From NCBI GenBank assembly GCA_963809845.1, contig CAWELO010000002.1, forward strand, positions 198,638-262,637: a DNA stretch of 64,000 bases. The letters are read 5' to 3'. A program made the translations under genes and the position numbers. The stretch is from an uncultured Verrucomicrobiae bacterium (lineage in GTDB: Bacteria > Verrucomicrobiota > Verrucomicrobiia > Limisphaerales > UBA8199). Positions 58,455-64,000 of this stretch are shown here, piece by piece (within the stretch, counting starts at the first letter, position 1; each line of letters starts with the position of its first letter). A model generated the notes under the pieces. It saw only the letters and a list, made by a program, of their open reading frames with translations, had not been told where the DNA came from and made no database searches.

Positions 58455-59927
58455 ATGGCTCGCATTTCTCCTCTGAAACCGTGGCTTGGTTTGGCGTTGC
58501 TCTTTTCGGTAGGGATCCCAGGTCACTCGTTGGCCGGAACGGCGCCGCCCCAGCCCTTCGGACCGGTGCCCACCAAGCGCCAGCTTCGCTGGCACGAGAT
58601 GGAGTTCTACGGCTTTGTCCATTTCACGGTGAACACCTTTACTGACCGCGAATGGGGCAACGGAGACGAAAGCGAGTCGGTCTTCAATCCGACTGATTTT
58701 AATGCGGATCAAATCGCTTCGGTGGCGCAGGAGGCCGGGATGAAGGGGCTGATCCTGACGGCGAAACATCACGATGGCTTTTGTCTCTGGCCCAGCCGCT
58801 ACACCGAGCACTCGGTGAAGAACAGCCCGTGGCGGGACGGCAAGGGCGATGTGGTAAAGGAACTCTCGCAGGCTTGCCGGCGTCATGGGCTGCGATTCGG
58901 CGTCTATCTTTCACCGTGGGATCGTAACCATAAGGATTATGGCCGCCCGGCGTATATTACCTATTACCGCAACCAGCTTCGCGAACTCCTCACGCAATAT
59001 GGGGACATCTTCACCGTGTGGTTCGACGGCGCCAACGGCGGCGACGGCTATTACGGGGGGGCCCGGGAGATGCGCCGGATCGACGCCCGCACCTACTACG
59101 ATTGGGACAATACACGGCAGTTAGTGCGGGAGTTGATGCCTATGGCGGTCATGTTCAGCGACGCGGGGCCGGATTTCCGGTGGGTAGGGAATGAGAGCGG
59201 CATCGCCGGGGATCCGTGTTGGGCCACCTTGAACCTGGCGGGGCGGTATCCCGGCGGTCCTTCGGAAGGTCTTAACTCCGGGGAACGACCGGGCACCGCG
59301 TGGGTTCCGGCCGAGTGTGACGTGTCGATCCGGCCCGGCTGGTTTTATCATGCGAAAGAAGACTCCCAGGTGAAGAGTCCACAAAAGCTGCTCGATCTCT
59401 ATTACAAATCCGTTGGGCGGGGCGCCTGTTTAAATCTCAATATTCCACCGGATCGCCGCGGGCAAATCAACGACAACGACGTTCGTTCGTTGCGTGAGTT
59501 TCACCGTATCTTGCAGGCTACGTTTGCCAAGAACCTCGCGCAGGACGCCCGGCTCACGGCCAGCAATATTCGCGGCGGCGCCAGGCGGTACGGCCCGGCG
59601 CACATGGCGAGTCCCAAACCAACCGGCTATTGGGCCACCGACGATAATGTCTGCACGCCGGAATTGGTTGCCGCATTCGCGCAGCCGGTGACTTTCAACG
59701 TGGTGAGCCTTCGAGAGTATCTTCCGTTGGGCCAGCGAGTGGAAGCCTTCGCCCTGGATCAATGGAAAGACGGCCAGTGGGTGGAATTCGCCAAGGGGAC
59801 CAGCATCGGGAATCACCGCCTGATCCGCGGTGAGCCGGTCACCACGGAAAAAGTCCGCTTGCGCATTACGCAGGCTCCGGTGTGCCCGGCGCTCTCTGAA
59901 TTCGGTTTGTTTGCGGAGCCGAACTAG
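58455..59927 (+). CDS. Alpha-L-fucosidase (GH29) with C-terminal F5/8-type-C-like domain
   Basis: Signal MARISPLKPWLGLALLFSVGIPGHSLA, then GFVHFTVNTF, LTAKHHDGFCLWPS and FTVWFDGANGG. Confidence 0.9.
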   Translation: MARISPLKPWLGLALLFSVGIPGHSLAGTAPPQPFGPVPTKRQLRWHEMEFYGFVHFTVNTFTDREWGNGDESESVFNPTDFNADQIASVAQEAGMKGLILTAKHHDGFCLWPSRYTEHSVKNSPWRDGKGDVVKELSQACRRHGLRFGVYLSPWDRNHKDYGRPAYITYYRNQLRELLTQYGDIFTVWFDGANGGDGYYGGAREMRRIDARTYYDWDNTRQLVRELMPMAVMFSDAGPDFRWVGNESGIAGDPCWATLNLAGRYPGGPSEGLNSGERPGTAWVPAECDVSIRPGWFYHAKEDSQVKSPQKLLDLYYKSVGRGACLNLNIPPDRRGQINDNDVRSLREFHRILQATFAKNLAQDARLTASNIRGGARRYGPAHMASPKPTGYWATDDNVCTPELVAAFAQPVTFNVVSLREYLPLGQRVEAFALDQWKDGQWVEFAKGTSIGNHRLIRGEPVTTEKVRLRITQAPVCPALSEFGLFAEPN

Positions 59928-59965
59928 GCTCCGCCACTCGAGCGCTGGTGTGGGCCGGGCCCGGG

Positions 59966-60799
59966 TCAGTTCTTGGCCAGGGCTTTGGTCACCGCGGCTT
60001 CGAGTTCTTCGCCCCGCAGGTCGCGCCCGATGATCTTGCCTTCGCCGTCGAGGAGGAAGGTGGCTGGTATGCTCTGCACGCCATATTTCACGGCCAGTTT
60101 GTTGCTCCACTGTTTGCCGTCGAAGAATTGCTGCCATGTCATATTCTTCTCTTTGGTGAAGCTTTTGAGCTTTGCCTCGTCCTCATCCAGGTTGATGCCG
60201 ATGATCTCGAAACCCTTATCATGGTGTTTCTCGTAGGTCTTGATCACGTTCGGGAGTTCGCGCACGCAGGGCGGGCACCACGTCGCCCAGAAGTCGATCA
60301 GCACGACTTTGCCTTTGTAGTTGGCGATCGACACGGGCTTGCCCGCCACATCCTTCTCATCGAAGTCGGGAAAAGCCGTCCCTTTTGCCAAAGCCTTCTG
60401 GATGGTCTTCGCGGCTTCCTGCTTTTTGATCGAGTCCAGGATATCATCAGCGCGTTTTCCCCATTTGGTTTCGGGAAAGTCCTGTTTCAGTTGCTGAACC
60501 AGGGCCACGCCCTTGTCCGAATTATCAAAAACCTCGAGGTAAAGCTGGGCCTTCATGAAGAGGATCTGGGCCACGTCATCGGTCTTTTCGTCCTTATGTT
60601 TGGCCAACAGCTCGTCGAACTGCTTGAGCTCCGGGGCGAGATCCGCTTCGCTGGTTTTACCCGCTTGCAGCTTGGTCTTTACGGAGGTGACCAGCTCCTT
60701 TAATTCCGTCGAAGCCGCAGAGGGATCGGCCGCCTGGCTGCCGGGAAGGGCGCAAAAGAACGCAAGCCCCGCGACCACGGCTAGAACCTTGGTTTTCAT
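59966..60799 (-). CDS. TlpA/redoxin-family thiol:disulfide oxidoreductase with N-terminal helical domain
   Basis: Signal MKTKVLAVVAGLAFFCALPGSQA; thioredoxin motif VLIDFWATWCPPCVRELP. Confidence 0.85.
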   Translation of the reverse strand: MKTKVLAVVAGLAFFCALPGSQAADPSAASTELKELVTSVKTKLQAGKTSEADLAPELKQFDELLAKHKDEKTDDVAQILFMKAQLYLEVFDNSDKGVALVQQLKQDFPETKWGKRADDILDSIKKQEAAKTIQKALAKGTAFPDFDEKDVAGKPVSIANYKGKVVLIDFWATWCPPCVRELPNVIKTYEKHHDKGFEIIGINLDEDEAKLKSFTKEKNMTWQQFFDGKQWSNKLAVKYGVQSIPATFLLDGEGKIIGRDLRGEELEAAVTKALAKN

Positions 60800-61028
60800 A
60801 TGATTTGAAGCACGTATATTTGTGTTGGAGACCCAATTAATGACCGGCTGACCATGGTGCCGGAGCCATAAAAAGTCAACTCCTTCCGGGCAGGGCAAGA
60901 CCCAGACTTTTCCAGATCAGAAAGCGAACAAAACGCAGGCAGGGCCGCAAGCCGGGCCGTGGCGGCTGCCACCTCAGCCGACCAACGCTCGACCACCCCA
61001 CAACCTGCGGGGGGCCTGAGGCCGGCTT

Positions 61029-62850
61029 TCAGTGCGCCTTCTGCGCTTCCTTCGCCCAGGCATCCTTGAGCGTGATCGTGCGGTTGAAGACCGGCTTGGC
61101 CGGGGTGCTGTCCTTGTCCACGGCAAAGTAGGCGAGCCGTTCGAATTGATAGCGCAGGCCGGTTGGGCTTCGCGCAAACTCGGTTCGCACTTGGCGGACA
61201 CCACTTCGAGCGAGTGCGGGTTCAGGTGCTGCTTAAAATCGCCCTGCGCATCCGGCTCGGCCACTGTGAACAGGCGGTCATACAGACGAATTTCGGCGTC
61301 AATGGCGTGTTGAGCACTCACCCAATGGAGGGTGCCTTTCACCTTTCGACCGGCGGTCGGGCCGCCGGTTTTGCTGCCGAGGTCGGCGGTGCATCGCAGC
61401 TCGACGAACTTCGCCCGCGGCATTTTTGACGACTTCCTCACATTTGATGATGTAGGCGTACTTCAGCCGCACCTCACCGCCGGGGCGCAGCCGGAAATAC
61501 TTAGGCGGAGGAGATTCCATGAAATCATCGCGCTCAATGTACAGCTCACGACTGAAGGGCAGCGTCCTGCGTCCCGGCGTTCGGATCCTCGGGATTATTG
61601 ACGGCTTGGAGGTTTTCCACCTGGCCCTCGGGGTAATTGGTGAGCACGACTTTAATCGGCCGCAGGACCGCCAGCCGGCGCAGCGCGCGCCGGTTTAGAT
61701 CTTCACGGATTGCATACTCCAGGACCGCGACATCCGTCAGCGCGTTATATTTCGTGATCCCGATGTTATAAGCGAAATCGCGCAGGGCCTGCGGTGTTAC
61801 CCCGCGGCGCCGCAACCCGCTGATCGTAGGCATGCGAGGGTCGTCCCAGCCGGAGACGAGGCCTTCATTGACCAGTTGCATGAGCTTGCGCTTGCTCATG
61901 ACGGTGTAGCCCAGGCTCAGCCGGGCGAACTCGTATTGGTGCGGCAGCGGACGGGGCAGCTCCAGGCGCTCCAGAATCCAATCGTAGAGGGGCCGGTGAA
62001 CCTCGAATTCGAGCGTGCAAATGGAGTGGGTGATGCCCTCGATGTAATCGCTCAGGCAATGGGCGAAATCATACATCGGGTAAATGCACCATTGATTGCC
62101 GGTATGATGATGCTCGGCATGGCGGATCCGGTACAGGACCGGGTCTCGCAGCCAGACATTCGGCGACGCCATGTCGATTTTTGCGCGCAGGGTGCGCGTT
62201 CCGTCGGAGAATTCGCCCTGTCTTCATGCGCGTGAACAGGTCGAGATTCTCCTCGATCGAGCGGGTCCGGAAGGGGCTGTCTGTTCCGGGACGATCCGGC
62301 GCGCCGCGGTACTTGTCGGTGTCCTCGGCGGAAAGGTCATCCACGTAGGCAACGCCTTTGCTAATGAGCTGCAAAGCGTATTGGTAGAGCTGGTTCGAAG
62401 TAATCCGAAGCGTAGAAGGGTTCGAGGCCGGAGGGGACGGGCGAATTGGGCGCGGAGGCAGGCAGATAGAAATCCGTCTTGCCGCCCACGTCGTTGCGGT
62501 TGGGGGGCTGACACCTTTGGCCTTCAGGCCGAGGCGATCTCGGCCCAATCGCCAATGAGCCAGCGCACGTCCTCGATGATGGAATCGACGTACTCGACGT
62601 CCTCTTTGGTGGGATTGGTGTCGTCCATCCGGAGGTTGCAGACCCCGCCAAACTCGCGCGCGATGCCGAAGTTCAGGCAGATCGACTTGGCGTGGCCGAT
62701 GTGGAGGTAGCCATTGGGCTCGGGCGGAAACCGCGTGTGGATCTGCGGATATTTTTCCTCCGCCACATGCCCCTCCACGATGTCACGGATGAAATCGGAC
62801 GGCGCGGGCGCCGCGGCGGGGATCTCTGAAGTTTTGCCTGGCATGCTCAT
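61029..62850 (-). pseudogene. glnS: Glutaminyl-tRNA synthetase, at least 6 frame changes in the sequence as given
   Basis: HIGH region [59 protein letters not shown]-type VMSKRKL, and C-terminal [14 protein letters not shown] are distributed over all three minus-strand frames. Confidence 0.85.
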
Positions 62851-62970
62851 GAACGCAAAACAGAGGGTAGCAGGCATCGCCGCCAATGTCTATCGGATGG
62901 CCACGTGGCTGTTTCGTGGCTTAACCGGGGCCGTGCGCCCGAGGCCCTGCGCCATTCCCGCCGGTGAAAA

Positions 62971-64000
62971 TCACCGCGGTTTGAGCTGGGGAAAGAGAAT
63001 CACATCCCGGATGGTGTCCTGGCCCAGCAACAGCATGCACAGGCGATCGATGCCTACGCCGATGCCTCCGGCCGGGGGCATGCCGTGTTCGAGGGCAACG
63101 AGGAAGTCCTCATCGAGCTTTTGCTGCTCGCCGCCCGCCTGGTGTTCGAGCCGTTCGCGCTGTTCGATGGGGTCATTCTGCTCGGTGTACGCGGGGGCGA
63201 TTTCCTGGCCGTTGATGCAGCATTCGAAAACCTCGACGGTGGTGGGGTCCTCGGGCGAAAGTTTGGCCAGCGGAATCAACTGCTTGGGCGCGTGCGTAAC
63301 GAACGTGGGATGGATCAGCGTCGGCTCGATGAGCTTTTCGAACACGGCCTGGGTCACCTCGAAATCCTCGTGCTCCTTGCCGATCTCCGCTCCCAACTGC
63401 GCCGCCCGCTCGCGCCGTTGCTCCGGAGTCACGTCGAACCAGTCTGCGCCGGCCCGTTCGCGCACGAGGTCCTTGTAGTTGACGCGGCGCCAGGGCGGAG
63501 TCAGGTCGATCGTTTTGGTCACTTTGCCTTCGGCGTCCTTGTGCTCGATCACCAGCGTGCCCAGGACTTTCCGCGCGACCTGCGTGACCATGGACTGCAG
63601 GAGTTCCATCATGGTTTCGTAATCACCATAGGCTTCGTAGGCTTCGAGCATGGTGAACTCCGGGTTATGCCTGCGGGACAGACCCTCGTTGCGAAAGTTC
63701 CGGCCGATCTCGAAGACTTTGTCGAGTCCGCCAACCAGCAAGCGCTTGAGATAGAGTTCCAGGGCGATCCGCAGATAGAAATTGCAGCCCAGCGCGTTAT
63801 GATGCGTCACGAACGGTTGAGCCGCCGCGCCTCCGGGGATGGCCTGCATCATGGGCGTTTCCACCTCGACGAAGCCCCGCTCGTCCAGGAAAGTTACGAA
63901 TCTCGCCGAGGATCTGGCTGCGCTTGAGAAAGACCTCTTTCACGTCCGGATTGGCCATCAAATCCAGGTAGCGCTGGCGATAGCGGATTTCGGTGTCCGC
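62971..64000 (-). pseudogene. lysS: Lysyl-tRNA synthetase (class II), 3' portion; N-terminus outside window; one frame change near 63890
   Basis: [54 protein letters not shown]. Upstream sequence (..[31 protein letters not shown]) continues in another frame to the window edge. Confidence 0.9.

Overview
High-GC bacterial chromosomal window. The gene content points to the PVC superphylum, most likely Verrucomicrobiota; this is inference only. Supporting content: three prepilin-type [17 protein letters not shown] / H-X9-DG pseudopilin-like proteins, HAF-repeat, BspA-type LRR, BNR and PQQ-propeller exoproteins, and a TMTC-like TPR membrane protein. Core genes recognised: pckG, Fe-ADH + ALDH + glutamine-synthetase-like ligase, XdhC-like, AmiC-type amidase, SDR epimerase, an MFP-RND-OMF efflux operon, tRNA-Tyr(GTA), a deoxyhypusine-synthase-like gene divergent from agmatine deiminase, mnmG, GH29 fucosidase, TlpA-like redoxin, glnS and lysS. 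Accessory-looking blocks: (a) a minus-strand operon of three diverged tandem paralogues of a secreted glycine-rich protein plus an Ig/lipase-like exoprotein, lying downstream of a hybrid REC-histidine kinase; (b) a ~10.6-kb co-directional block with three phosphodiester-glycosidase (NAGPA/DUF2233-like) paralogues, a CotH kinase and two pseudopilin-like genes. Most notable sequence-level observations: two perfect parS palindromes inside a lineage-specific insertion of mnmG; a four-helix-bundle (23S-IVS-type) gene bracketed by inverted arrays of the heptamer ATGCGTG, inserted between ALDH and the GS-like gene; a ~60-70 aa C-terminal module shared by five unrelated exoproteins; and a dispersed 28-nt intergenic repeat family. 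No CRISPR array, transposase, integrase or recognisable defence system was seen. Major caveat: at least 13 genes, including glnS and lysS, cannot be read in one frame in the sequence as given. I cannot tell 1-nt indel assembly errors from real gene decay, so these are typed pseudogene on that basis only. Start codons are approximate throughout.
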